NCBI GenBank assembly: GCA_977030845.1
Contig: OZ365115.1
Span: 8,060,001-8,124,000, forward strand
Reading direction: 5' to 3'
DNA: 64,000 nucleotides
From: Fimbriosthenelais zetlandica
Taxonomy: Eukaryota
Shown here: positions 40,201 to 54,400 of the stretch, in pieces
How positions within the stretch are numbered: position 1 is the stretch's first letter
Layout: the number at the start of each line of letters is the position of its first letter
Position numbers and translations under genes: made by a program
Notes under the pieces: model-generated
Seen by the model: the letters and a program-made list of their open reading frames with translations, nothing else
Database searches by the model: none
Told to the model about the DNA's origin: nothing

Positions 40201-43200
40201 CATCTAAAACGCAACCCACAGCAACATATTATCAAAGACAAAGTGATAAAAAAATGCCCAACAAGGAAACATTTCTCTAAGTTGTCATCCGGATGCATCG
40301 GACTAAGTACACAATGAGTACACACTAAGTACACACTAAGTATTACAATGACTTGCCCTTGACTTAAACCCATCTCCAATAATATATATATGCACTTGAT
40401 GTCTGCATCACCATCTGCATCACCATGCATACCCAAGCCTTCTGGAGCCACATATTTCATCCTCTATCCCACCATCTTGGCATCTTCTGCCTTGGGGACC
40501 AACTTAACATGGAACATTTGCGCGGCTCATTTTGTAAGTTTTGTATTAAGATTTCACGACATAAACGGGACCTGCATTGGTTGTCATGGTGGCTAGAATG
40601 CCGTCTGTCAGCCGTGATGTCAGCTAAATCAGAGTTATGACGGTAGTCATGGTGATTGATTTTGTTGAGATTGGAGGCGCTAACACAACACTAGCCGTCC
40701 TGACAAACATGGTGACATATAGGGGGAGTAAACAGAGCGAGAGAGAGGCGGTGAAATCATGCTGTATGTACCAGCAGATCATATCACTGCTAATCCCCAT
40801 CCTCATCCACAGGTTTGACAGGTATCAATGCAATAAATAACTCAAATTGATGCATTTTACCCTTGAAAATAACTTGTTCATTATCATCAAATCCTAAAGA
40901 TCCATATTCAATGTTCAAGAATGTATGTTTTGATAAATACAACTGCATCATCTTGAAATGAATTTTCTCGTCCTTTAGACCATAGATATTACAACAAACT
41001 GTCGTCCATTCAGTTTGCATAGATGACAGTTGGCCGACAGAGTGATGCAATGGACCGACAGACATGTCCAAGACAAGATATATTGCCACAGTTTGGAGCC
41101 ACCTCATTCATTGAATTCCTTTCATATTTTAAGACAGCCAATCATCACCTACATTGGTCATGTGGCTACATCTTGACGTGCAAAAAAACATCTTTCCCTG
41201 TAGGCTACCTGAGAGAACAATAGAAACACTCAATGTTAATACTATGGACTTGGTATTGGAGGTATAATAAAGCTGTCTGAAGAGATGTGATGTAGGATCT
41301 GAAACAGGCACAGTATAGCTACATTCAAAAATATTGTCTAGTTGTATCGAGGCCCGCGACATCATTTCTCGAAAGTTCCTCGAAATGATGAAAAGGCTAA
41401 AAATAAACACCCTCTGCTTCCTTCAGCCAATAATTGAGAACGCGGAACAAGAAACAACGGGCCGTCCTTCCTGCGCCTATTCAAAGCTGTAAATTCTTCA
41501 GATGTCTTTTTTACGACAACTAAGCAAATAGGGAACACCTCCACAGTACCAAGGAAGAGGGCTTTGTTTTATTCTGCCTGCAGGGAAGATCTTTCTGCCT
41601 TTCATGGATAATTGCCTCAGTCTCTTCCTCCCAATACAACGCGCTCATTTCGGGTATAATTAAGCAAGCATATTTAGGGAATGTTTTTCCGTGAAGGCAG
41701 ATGAATCTTGAATAGTTTAATTTCGCCCGTTTAAAGAAGAGTGGACCCAGGTGTCTGCTCGAGTTCTTTTTGCTTTCATCAGGATGGAAACTAATCGATT
41801 TGGGAGTTGAAGATTGCATAAGGGAATAAATCTATTCTGAAGGGTTATTGAAGTGACGTATACCAGATTCCTAAGGGTGCATTGTAGTGTGCAAGCAATG
41901 GGAAAATGTCATTTTCTTTCTGAGAATTCTCTGCAACATAAAGTCATATACATTTATGTATAGCTTTCTACTTGGCCACAACTTTTAATCATATTCGTGA
42001 GCAAATAAGAAATGTCAAGATCCAAACTGCATGTATGAACATAATTACCAATCATGTATCATCAGTCAGGCATATAGGGAATCTTCGGTAAAATTGCTGA
42101 CACCTCTGTTTAAAAGACCCAGGTGTTCACAGTCCCAGTTGTATACTGAACGGTGATAATTTTCCAAATCAAGATGGAGTGGAGAGATTAGACTTGGTAA
42201 AAGAAAACCCAATCGACCAACATGGCTACCAACACAATGACTGGGCAATAATCGATCACCCGTAACTTGATTATCCTCATTCCACTAAGTCTGACGGCTC
42301 AAGCATGACCGAGTGGATGGGATCTATTTTGTTTCCATTCAGGACGGCTATACGTACAGAGGCTGTCAATGTAGAGGATGGAATCTCAGGAGGATATCAC
42401 CAGCTTTGGTGGTCCTCTTTTGTTAGATTTCAAGGAGCTTTAACTAATGATTTCCATGGGGTTAACCGTTTATTCAAGTCTCTCAGGGTGAGCTGAATTC
42501 TTGTAAACCAACCAAGACCCTGCAGAGGAATATCTATACAGAGATTCTTGCTGTGTCTCCCACTGGAATTATTGACCATGTATTCGTTTAGAAGGCTTTG
42601 CATATTATGCTTCAACCAGACACAAAGTGAACTTGATTTTTCCCAGTCATGATATTCTTCTCTTCTTTTATATAGAGTCTACTTCTAGAAGAGTTATGCG
42701 AAACATATAGTTTTAGAAACTGCATTGCCATCCCTAACATATAGAGACCTGAATATTTACTTCAGTATACAATACAGTAAAACTTACATTGAAACTGTTT
42801 CTTTCTTTATGGACATATGTGAGGATAAACTTCTAGGTCATGCCATGTTGAGACTCTTATAGACTTTTAGAGAGTGCCCAGTGTACATGTATATCCAGCT
42901 GTTTAGCTCAGGTTGGGCAGGGTGATGTGTGAGAGAGGGCAAGCTTGGTTAAGACAGATTGGTATCTACAAGTAGCTCTTCTCCTGGGACCTTTGTGACG
43001 TGAGGGAGATAAGAACAGTAAGAAGGTAATGCTTCATTGTCTCGGATTCCGACTGTAAGCCTCGGAGGACCAAGTCAGTTTTGGGCAAGTGAGATGGGTG
43101 CTTTCCCATGGCGTTCTCACCATGCAGTCTTAGAGTAAAACATTGATATCACACAAACATATTTTTGCATGAATCTTGACTGCAAGACGCCACAATCCTG

Positions 43201-46038
43201 CGAAGAAGTGCTTTCTTGTCTGCCCATTAAAGTAGCATAGATCAAGAAAATCAGACTGAAAGGACCTTGGGGCGAGTTATAATTAGAACATCAAAGATGG
43301 TTTACATCTTGTCGATGGAGCAGAGACCAAAAGGACTTCAGTGAAGGCAGCGCTCAGACATGAGAGATGCCAAGACATGGGAGACTTCACTGGAACTTAA
43401 TTGCACCAGGCTTCAACAGTCTTATATTGGCTTTTAACACCACATTAACACATTAGTCCCGCTAGAGATGCCAGGAGAAAGAAAGATATGCTGATATAGT
43501 GCAACAACAATCAGAGAAGTGATACCTTGCATCACTTTCAGAATTCCTCAGTAGATAAAGCAGCTGCAGCTCAAATTTAGTGAGGCTTGGACAGAGTGAG
43601 AGATGCGATTCACGATCAGGAATTGTTATTCATAGACAATGTACACAACTAATATTTTGAATACGGGATATCCAAATCCACTGTCCTTGGGACTTAAAGG
43701 AACCATTGCTGTACATTGAGGGGAATCGCTGAGTTGTAACATGTTTCTCGTCCTGTCATAGCTGAAATAAAAACAGTCTGTTCATTAACTCAAAAATTGT
43801 TGCAGAAACCCAGACTGTTTCCAGACACTCTCCACAGAGAAGGAATACATGCTGAGTGCACTTCACCCCTCTGTAGCCAGCCCTAGGAGACATTATCCCC
43901 AACCCACCCACGCATTCACTCTCATATGATCCTTTCTCATTCAGCGATTTCAATAAATCTACTCAAGTGTCCAGGTCTCCGTGGAGACCTCACAGATGGA
44001 AAAAGGCCGAGAGGTCCCCAATGTCGGCGACACACGCTGCAAATGTAGCGGTGAGAATGGTGTATTGAGAAGAAGGGGGAGTGAGAGATTGCTGGCCAAG
44101 ATCAAACAACAATGACCTCAGGAAAGACGGGACACGCCTACGCCCTCACACATAACCAGGAGAGAATAGGGACACCGGCCAAGGTTTGGGTAGACCCCCC
44201 ATTGATGATTTCAATGACGGGGTTTTGGCTGATAAAAGATGCCAGAAGCTTGGCATGCTTTATCGGTAGGCCAGGGCATCTTACAGCTGTTGGCCTGAGA
44301 TGTGACAGTGAAAATCCCTTCAAAAGACAACTGATGTCATCTCTTTATGTGAGTGTACACTAAAGGTACAAGTCAATAGAAGCTATGGGTGGAAGTTGTA
44401 GAAGCATTGAGGCTCTATCTCTGTATCTGTATGTCTTTTACGTTCCAGATGTAATCATTTGGATCCTTATAAACGGCCATTTACTGGATAGGGAACGGAG
44501 TATAGCGAAAAAGATGAAAAGGTCCAGAGGTGCAGCAACTCATCGCTCCGGAGCAACCGAGCTGAAACTGACACCTTGAAGTCGTCAAGTGTATTTCCCA
44601 CTTGGACCATTTGCCGACATTGTGGAGAATAGCATCGTTGTTTGTTTATGTCAATACTGTCAGCAATCCATATGGGCAGTCAGTTTTGGAAAGGGATACC
44701 TCGAGACAAATTGAGCTCGAAAAGAGAAATGATAGTGGAAGAAATATATTACTAGAAATACATGTCTGCCGTTGAACATTACTCAGTGCTTGGAAATCGA
44801 GGTCCAATTTTTGCACTATTATATATATACATCCCTTCCGTCTATCTCTTAAAATATTGACAGCAGAGGTTAAACGCAGTTTACACAATATGAAATGGGG
44901 AGAAAAAGACAGATAACACATTGAGACAACTCTGTATCAATGGTAACGGCATCATATGTGGTGCTTTTGGTATGTAGAATGCGGTGCCCAGGGCTCAATG
45001 CCATCTCATACCATTGTATCCAGTGCAAATCCACAGCGCTTCCCCCTGCATCATCTTAGGCCATTACAAGCATTCGTTTCACTACCGTTTGCTTCTTCGC
45101 ATTGTTAGATCCAACTCTAGATGTTCTGTCTATTCTCCATTAAAGCTGGTTTTCGAGTAAATATACACGTATGAATTTATGGTTACTTTCAATGTTATTT
45201 CATATGTAGATCTATATGGCCTTTTAAACTAAGAGATAACCACATTTTGCTGAGGTAATGCATAGGAATAATTATATTAATCCATATTATTAACCTTGCA
45301 TTGTAGAAGTAATATCAAGTCATGCACAAAAAGACAGTATATTTGAATGAATGGATACGAGTAAAGAAGATGAGAAAGTAGATATAAAACCTGCAGCTTT
45401 AACAATTAGATGATGGCATCTAGCATACATATCAGCTGTTTTGGGTGTAACTCATTAGTGAAGTGGTAGAGAGCTTGATTCACTGTCCCGAGTAACAACA
45501 GCAGGATTTGATCAACATGCGCCTATGGGTAAATGTTGGTGAAGGGGTGCGTGCCCGGAAAGCCGATGGTGGCGGCGGTGGCATATCAGGAGTGGGATGG
45601 GGGGCAGGGCGGGCAGGGGGGGATCAGGGGTGAATAAAGGCCATCGGAAATGATTGTGGCATAGTGAGGACTTTAGATACTTTGGGCGGGGAAGAAGGGA
45701 AATGAAAGGTGGGAAGGACTCGGGCAGGAGGAAGGAGACGAAGATGGAAGGTGCTGTGGAGAGGGAGAATTTAGAGGAAGAAGGTTGAATGTGGTTAGAT
45801 CTGGGGGATGTTTGTACTATGAGGAAGAAGGGAATGCATGGGGTTGTGTTGGGGGAATATGAGTCAAAAATAGATAACAAAATGAAAAATCTGATCGAGA
45901 TGTAAGACTAATGAGTAATACAGTATAGGAATAAATGTCCTGAACAACCAACAGGTGGTTAAAGCTAGATACAATTGCCAAAGTAAAACAGACTCACGAT
46001 TGAAGCATGTAGGAAAACCAATCAGTATGGGATAGGTT

Positions 46039-46063
46039 ACTCACCTGCACAAAGGCAAAGCAA
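46039..46063 (-). other. Juxtaposed 3'/5' splice motif (candidate recursive splice site)
   Basis: The minus strand reads ttgctttgcctttgtgcag|gtgagtaa, with the junction at 46045/46044. Confidence 0.4.
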
Positions 46064-46926
46064 TCTTTAATTGTGATGTAATATCAATTCAATATTAAAT
46101 AGCTGCTGCAGTACAAAACCACTCAGGCTATGGGAAGATATCCCGGACATAAGGTAATCACGATGGCTCATACTCGTGATTCCCAGGTTATTATTCCAGA
46201 AAAACATGTCTTCCATTATAAGCAGGTAGTGAAAGTATAGGGCTACTTAGCCTGGCCATGCAAGTACTGCTTACAGACCTGGACAAGGTCATGGCAGTAT
46301 GCATAATCTTGAAGGCTAATGACAGTAGCTGTCATCTGGTGACAGAACAAATCAAGCATGTAAATATAGCTGTCACAATGAGTGACGGCTGTAATATAGA
46401 GGTTAAGAGGGGCACTCATATCTACCCAGCTAGTTATAATGGATCGATGAAGGCCCTGGGTGTTAATGGATGTTTACAACCTAGTTTAATATTGATTACC
46501 TTACCTTGATCTGTCCCCTCTAAGATATATATAATGTATATTGACAACCTTGATGACATTATAGGTGACATGTCCATTTGGATGTCAACTCTGGCACTTT
46601 AGCAGCGAGTATGGCAAGAAAGATTTCTTTTGAGGCAGATTTCTTTTGAGGCAGAATTCTTTTGCTCAAGGCAGACATGTACACATTTTATAATTATGTG
46701 CTAATTCAAATGATACTTCACATACAGTAACGGTTCATTCACATGCTTTTCACCATAGACAGTGGGAGTTAAGGCTAGCCTTCGATAACCCACTTGATAG
46801 AACTGGGAGAGAAGGTCTATAGCAATTATCCACTTGCAATATAAACTAGAACATGTCCACTGTCCAGGAGAACTAAGGTATAATATCCGAGAAGGCTGCG
46901 GGACCGCCCACATTGTATCACCACAA

Positions 46927-47097
46927 CACGTGACTCGTGGGGTTAACGTCACTTCCTGTCCACCAACTATCTACAAACCTGCGCACGCACTGGACAGAGC
47001 AGAGAACGCGGGCAGGAAGTCACCTTTCACCTCGACCAGTCTCGGCTCTTTGCCAACTTCCGGTCATAGGTCAGGTGTCATTCGTACTGAGTGACCT
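46927..47097. promoter_or_regulatory. Dense transcription-factor motif cluster (candidate intronic enhancer or alternative promoter)
   Basis: CACGTG (46927), ACGTCA (46946), three ETS cores (ACTTCCTG 46951, CAGGAAGT 47013, ACTTCCGG 47056), NRF1-like TGCGCACGCA (46980), DR1-like cGGTCAtAGGTCA (47061) and TGACCT (47092). The segment is locally CpG-rich. Confidence 0.4.
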
Positions 47098-48889
47098 CTG
47101 GCGAGCTGCAATGAGACTAGCTCGTTAAGTGGAGCATGATGGGAAGGCTTGATATCGCGGGCGATAATTGGGGTCGTTGGGTTGTCTGAGTAATGGCTGA
47201 ACGAGTCCGGGAAGGCAACATTATACCCTGATTCATAATGGGTAAATGATACATTATATAACCGTCTTGGGTGATTTAAGCCAACCCAAATGAATATTCA
47301 TGAGTGGTTTCTGTGGGTGGCTTTATCTTGGGTCATGTCGCCCCTTAAAGGAACCCTTATTGGACAACATTCAGTTCTGCCTGTTCCGATCACAACCAAT
47401 GAGGACCGCATCCATCATGCTCAGGCCTCGACTGTCATAACAGATTGTGAAGCAGGCCAATGAAGATGGACGTTGGCACTATCTATCACATTTTTCATGT
47501 CAGAATGGAAGATTAGCAAAGAGTCGGGTGGATGGATGTGGACAGGGAGGTCTTGAGGTATAATAGGTCAGGGTTCAGGCTATGGAATGGTGGTCTGCAT
47601 TTCAAACCACTTCCAATGGGAAAACCAGCGCAAAGGCAATCTGGAAACAATTCACTCGAGATGTGGCAAACTAAAAAAAAAGATACTAGTGAGAAGAGAA
47701 ATTATTTTTTCTAGTGTAGAATACTGATACTGGTGTACCGCCTACGATCTTGATAGTACCATTTAGTTGAATGTGCCAAAAAGAGAGCCTGGTTCAATGT
47801 AACATTTCCATATACTACTTACTTTAAAAAAGTAACCTCATTGAAACCTCCCAAACCGTGTATGCTCTCTACGACTTTCCATACATTATATTCTAGCCAT
47901 GAGATATTCTTGGCACTAAGAGACAACATGAGTCTTAGCATCACTCTGGGCCATGGGTCAATCAAACTTCCATGTACTACTAGCGTAGAGTAATAAGGAG
48001 GAAGCCAGCTACAAACCAATATTTCCCTATACTACTGACAGCAGGTAAAGTCCCACTCTGAGAGGGAAAAGTCATGAGGGAAAAATCCATTCAGCTTAGC
48101 TGATGAAACGCTAGGGTCAGCCTCTTAGCTATTTAAGGTAGAACAGCTTCATATACTGACTGAGCCTCTGTACCTCTGGGAGGACAAGGTCAAGAAGCTA
48201 AATAAAACCAGCATCGAATTTGAAAGTGAAAGCAATGTGGACACAAAAAGAAGCAAGTCAGAAGTGCCAGGCGGTATTCAGCTGCTTTTTTTGTGGTATA
48301 GTGCTAACTCCAGTTTTACGACAACTGATATGCCCGTTTTACGACAGGGTCACGTGATGAAAGAGGTTTAGTTGGTCCCAGCCACATCAGGTTCTGATGG
48401 CATTCAATAGCTGCTACTCTCTGGTGGGCCTCCTTCTGATCTCAGTTCACTTTTCTCTGAATGTAAAGTAATGGTCCCCTGCTTGACTCCACTTGTAAAC
48501 TGAATACTTGAACATCAATCATTTTGACAACGCTGAATATTCTTTAGCAAATCTTTTAAGACAAAACATTGTTGGTTGGAACAGGCTTTCTAAATGGGAA
48601 AAGAAAATGGAAAAGTAATATCCTCAAAGTGAGAATGACTCAAATGTAGCCTATATATAACAAGTGGGAACGAGTTGAAGGGAGTAAGCTTTCTGCATTT
48701 CACTCACAGAGCACTAAGAAATGAAGCTGGATTTCCAGTCTCTTTACTGAATAAGCCAAGGTTTGTGGAAGGGGCGGGCCTCTATTAAGTTCAGTCATGC
48801 ACAGAATGACTTCCTGCTGACTTCAAAAGTTTGCTCTGTCTCCTTCATACAGTAGGCCGTGTCTGGAATAGACTGGCTAGACAAGGGCC

Positions 48890-48952
48890 GAGGAGAGGGA
48901 GAGGGGAGAAAGAGAGAGAAAGAGAAAGAGAAAGAGAGAGAGGATGGAGAGG
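48890..48952. repeat. Purine-rich (GA)n-type low-complexity tract
   Basis: Nearly pure A/G run. Confidence 0.85.
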
Positions 48953-51296
48953 GCGCAGGAACTAAGAAAGAGCTCCCGACAGAAAGAATGAGAGCAGGAA
49001 AAGAGCCCAGGGTATAATTATTATCATGTGACACAGATCTGAAGAGGTAAACCATTTTAATAGGCAATTTCCCTGTATTGGTTTGCAACGAATTTATAAC
49101 TTTATAGGCGCATTTTGCTTACATATAGTCGCATAAAGTATTTTGTTCAGTTTCCAGCAAAGGGAAACAAGTTATACAAGATGATTCAGTCTATAAGGTG
49201 GTTGCCAGCGTCTGTCAGATCCCCTCTGCTGTCTGGTACATTCAGTGTAATCCCGTCCATCCTGGACAGCGGGATTAAAGCACTGACCAGCAGAGCCCCT
49301 CCTCTCATGACAGATGCTCTCCACAACAGGATGTCCACAGGACATTAGGATTACTATGGCAACAGGTCAATGACCTGGCAGTATCCTGGTCACTATTGCG
49401 TGTTACTGTGAAGTATACTTTATACATGAAATTCATAAAAGTTTGAGATATAATATAGCAAAATTGTCATTCTATCCCAAATGATGAATGTGAATGTTAG
49501 AGAACTTATTTGCCTCTTTAGCTCAGAGCATATTGTCATGTCTTCACATCTCTTATTTTAGTGTGAATAGTTTATCACAAAAGAATATTGTGTTCACCAT
49601 CTTGCCTGCATTACGGAGTATGCCTTACAGAGACTGCAATTTACACACAATGGGCCCTGCGAGCGATAGAACATTGTCCCTTGATAACTTTTCAACCACG
49701 ACCGCACAATCTCAATGATGGCACGTGTACACATATTAACCTTTGGGAAAACCAATGAAATCCTGGTCCGGCTCCCAAATGTGCAACCCCTGGAGAAGGC
49801 AACGCCAAAAGTATTAGCTTCAAGATCTGCTCATCCCTGGAATGTACTCCAGGGCCTGTCTGGAGGAATGCGGGCATGAGGACTACCAAACAATGTGGGC
49901 TTTGGTTAGCTGTCCCTGGGCTCACATTCTACTGATAGGGATGTATGCAGGAGGCCATGTGTGGGTACCCGAGAGACGAGTAAGAATCATGGCAATGAAG
50001 CTTAACCAAAGATCCATCATCGGTGCATCTACTCTACCACAAAAGGCTGATACTGTACATTAAAAGTGGCACCACCTGCATATGAAATAATACACATGCA
50101 GGTGTAGATTAGATCTTAGATGCTGTACATTGATCGAATGGTGCACATTGCAGGAAACAGAGTGATCCGAAACAAACAGTAATTACGCAGGGGGTATATG
50201 AGTGTATGTTTCCTGGAATGTTTCCTATTTAACTATTTTTTCGGTCACATGATTTCATTTTTGATATCCGCTTTAAAGGAATAAGACTAGCTTTATAGTT
50301 GGAACAGATTGTGAGCGTCTCTGGTGGCTTAAGCCTCTTTCTTGTCATGCCAATTCAGACAAAAAAATGTCAATCAAGCCCGTCAAGTACACTTTCTAAT
50401 CAAATCGCAGAGCCTATATATGCACTCACTTGATTTAGGAATGCATTTGCCTCCGCTATAGGCTAGCGGATGACAAGGCAAATGCCAAGAGCACGACCAC
50501 AAAAACGCTCTGGTCTGTTCAGGCCATTTGTCTGCCTTTCCTATAGGCACAGGTAAGAGCAGGCTTTAAGTATCTCTTAAAGAATCGATCCATGGTTGAC
50601 ATAGCTGGCTTGTGTTTACAACATTATAGATCTTGTCTGAGCGAGGTTCTGGAACAAAGACACCGTCAGAGTTTGAGGCGGGGCTTGGTAAAACACCTCA
50701 CGCCTCATGACGGAGTATAGGCAAACAATGCTAGTTTGTGGATGTCATCCGGGAAGTACACGGGCAATACAATGAGGAGAGTAAACAGTCCACGGTCTAG
50801 ACTCCCCCCATGCATATCCTCACTGATCCACGGTAGCTTTAGCGGTAGTCTATAGGTCTGTGACATAGCAGACCATTAGGAAGATTACAGATAATGGCCA
50901 TGTACAGTCTGTGTAACATATAGGATGGTGAGTCCCAGCATTCATACAGAAGAGGCTTGATTGTAAGTGGGGTTAGGGTATATTTGTACAACGTTCTGTG
51001 GGTTTATATCGAATGCCGAGAAAGTAGGAAGTGTAATAGATTCACTGTGTAAATTCAAATGTTTGACATGTTTGATATGGGTTTTTTATGTTAAAAACAA
51101 CTCCCTGTCCATCATAATAAAGTATGGACCTCCTACATGGGAAGGAACAATGAAATAATGCATGCATGTAATCCTGATCAAAATCATTACTGGAGAGGGA
51201 AGCTGGACAGATAAATGCTTAGATGTTGATTATAAAGGTCCCATCATCGTATACAAGGCAATCTTCTACTGCACATACAAGGAGAGAGAGAGAGGG

Positions 51297-51439
51297 NNNN
51301 NNNNNNNNNNNNNNNNNNNNNNNNNNNNNNNNNNNNNNNNNNNNNNNNNNNNNNNNNNNNNNNNNNNNNNNNNNNNNNNNNNNNNNNNNNNNNNNNNNNN
51401 NNNNNNNNNNNNNNNNNNNNNNNNNNNNNNNNNNNNNNN
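51297..51439. other. Assembly gap (143 N), preceded by (GA)n
   Basis: Run of N characters. Confidence 0.99.
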
Positions 51440-54400
51440 CAAGGCTTCATTCAGAGGCCTCTCCCCTCCACCTCCACGTGTCATTCTGGTGACATATTGT
51501 GTGCGCAAGAAGAGGCGAAGTCTGTCACAAATGAAGAGAGAGCTTTTCCATCAGTCGCCGCTCCATTATTAGGCGGCGGCCAAGAGCCATCATCGCTCGT
51601 GTAATCTCACGAGAAACGAGATCCTCCCCATTATGATGCACATCTTTCGATTAGGACCTTATGAATCAAGACCAAATGTGATCCATATTGTCTTTTTAGA
51701 GGAGGTCCTAATTGGCCTTTAGCAGAGTGTGATGACTCGTTGACTATATGTATGAGCTGGGATGGATGCTTTCTGTGCATTATCGACCACATGGATGGAT
51801 CAAAGAACCTTCTTTTCCATGCTCCATCTATTCCTCCTCATGCATTTTTCATGAATCCACATTGACAATGACCTAGATCAGTAACAAATACTAAACTTCA
51901 CATAACAATGCAGACCCCAAATGGAAATAAAGGCTCCTTTAATTTCATGTTTTGGGTTCATTTAGTTGAAACCCATACAGTGGAATAGACGCCATCTTGG
52001 AGCTTTCTACGCGATTTTATTAGTATTCAACACAGATTTTCATGCCGAGGGAACCATCCATAAAAGAGCTATGAGCATATCTCCATCCTGGTTCAAATGG
52101 AATGAGTAGCATACCAGGCCTCGGTACAGGTGACCCAGCCCCTTCACAGTTAGGTAATCCATCAATACTGCCATACCCCTCCCGCCTGCTGACCTTTTGT
52201 GTAAACGATTAAGAAGGCAGTGGGAGGATGAATGAGGAGAGCAGACTTTTATAGCCCAACAGCTGTGCCTTAAAGCACCACCAAGTGCCACCATCCGAGC
52301 TTCAGTACAAAGAGATATATGTCAGTCAGCTTAAACCCTGTTTGCAGCACCAAGATGCATTTTTCTGAACATCCATCCAAGGATAGATGCATATCCCAGG
52401 GTAGATTCTTTGGACTTGAAAAAAGAGGTTTCAAAGTACATTTCCATTGTCTTCAGATCTTATTGAACGAATTGAAAATATACAAAATTGGCATTTGTGT
52501 ACAGGAATGTGTTGGAGGCAGTTGAACACCAGGCAATGTGGGTCAAGTGCTTCGGTCAAAATGCCACGAGGCATACAGAGTTACAAGGCCGCTGGATTGG
52601 CTTGCAATCAACTGCTGACCTGAACTAATTTAACACTGACCTGGTTCTCAAACAGATTTTACTTAATATACTTCCACTTCAAATGGGTAGGTGCATGTAC
52701 AGGTTTCCTTCAATACACTTACAGTGCATGGTTGACTTCTTGTCCAGATCAGTCTGTAGTCTCACTGCCTTGAGAACCTTGGTCCATTTCCAGTGATGAA
52801 TCATCGTGGCCAGTCCGACCTGTCACTGTTGGATCCATCACAAGTTATTTAGGCCTTTCTGGCCACTCAATGAGCCAAAGCCCAGTCCCTGTAGGGTGGA
52901 AGTGGGGTTATTTCAGCTTCATATTTGTCAGATTAAATGTCGGCACCGTGGCGATAGGAATGGAGCTCCCAATCGATGCCAGTGACACATCAGGTTGAAG
53001 CGCTCTGAGGGCTTTATATTTCCATCAGATCTGACCACCATTAACCACTGACCCATTTCAATACTAAAAGTCAGTGAGTAAGATGGATTACCGAGATCTG
53101 GCAATGTCGGTACCTTCTTCATTGTGTAGTTTTCCGAGGGGAAATAATTGAGTGTAATCCAGACTGGATTTTGATTTTGAAGGATTTGAAAAGATGTGAT
53201 GTGGCTATGAGGAGTTAAAGTTGGTAACCATCCATGGATGGAACTGGAAGAATGATGGGTTCAGAATAGGTTACTGGGCAATATATTTGGTCGGGATGCA
53301 CATGTGTGTGACTGCACCACGGCTATCTGCCATCTGTCCTGATCCAGATGAAGCCATTCTGGGCTACCTTCTATAGTGAGAAACTGCCTTGTACATGGTG
53401 AAACAGGCAAGATGTGGGCCAGTATTCCCGTCACACCATCAACCTATATAAACCTTACATCATTTCCTATCTACCGGTTATTGTAAAGGCTTGTCTAAGA
53501 CAAGGGCTTCCCAGACCACAATTTAATCCCATTTCCAACACACATATTATTTGCCCTGTGCATGGAAGTCCCAGACAAACAGCTCTCTGCGTCTGAAAAG
53601 CCTAAGAAGTCCTTTCATGTGGTTCTTTAAAGTGGGCATGGCTTCCTTATACCCCATCGTTTCCTGCTCTCTTCAGGCAGTGGCTGAGAGGGGAGCGGTC
53701 ACTTCACCCTACCACCTCCCCCATTACCCATGCTGCCAGCATCTATTTGCTCCGAGTTGCTCAGAATCTGCTCCATGGCTAATAGCCTCTAGTCGCTTCG
53801 CCAGTTCCCATTTAGCCAAGGACGGCTGGGGTCTGGTAGGTACAAGTGTGAGCCAAGCCATTGAAAATCCCGGACACGCACCCACACTCCATGCTCAAAT
53901 GGCTCCTTATTTGGGGAGGTGTAGGGTATTGACTAGTCTCCCCCTCTCCCACTGTGGAAAGGTCCACCTCCAAGTGATCCAAACACGGACGGACTTTGTC
54001 CCTAATTAGTCTTATTCCAAATCTAAATAGAGCCCGTTCCAATAGTAACAGAACCTATTCTCAAGGCGGTGTATACTCAAGATGGGATTCTGAATCTCAA
54101 AATTCAAAGAGGATTCAGGTTTTCAGAAAAAAAATGTCCCATACAGAATATATTGACCTAAACATTACGAATATATATTAACATGCATACATATGTTAGT
54201 CTATCGACTATGAATTTCGTGGAATTTCAGTAAAATATACCAATTTAATTACATGACATTTTAACAACTACTTTAATTTCTCCAGGTCTTCCCTAACAAG
54301 GAGGACCCAGATAATTGAGTTATATATTGTTGAATTTGTAGATGTATGTAATTTGCGAGCATTGTAAAATATAGCAGTAGAAAATGGGGGTTATGGATGC

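Noticed and set aside
50527-50558. Plus-strand acceptor + 6 nt + donor (tttcctatag|gcacag|gtaaga), microexon-like
   Set aside because: It is on the strand opposite the host gene with no plus-strand gene to join. It shows that such motifs arise by chance, which is a caution for the recursive-site calls.
51162-51572. ORFs spanning the N run
   Set aside because: Artefacts of translating through the assembly gap.
53551-54009. Longer stand-alone ORFs in the track (also 39277..39684, 45512..45880, 14986..15315, 24662..25000)
   Set aside because: No recognisable domain or consistent splice context. Several are low-complexity translations of purine- or pyrimidine-rich DNA, at lengths expected by chance.
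53400-54050. Faint Penelope-like RT motifs on the minus strand (TSQYPTP, GTSM, RFI*VDG)
   Set aside because: Too degenerate and the spacing is inconsistent; needs a profile search.
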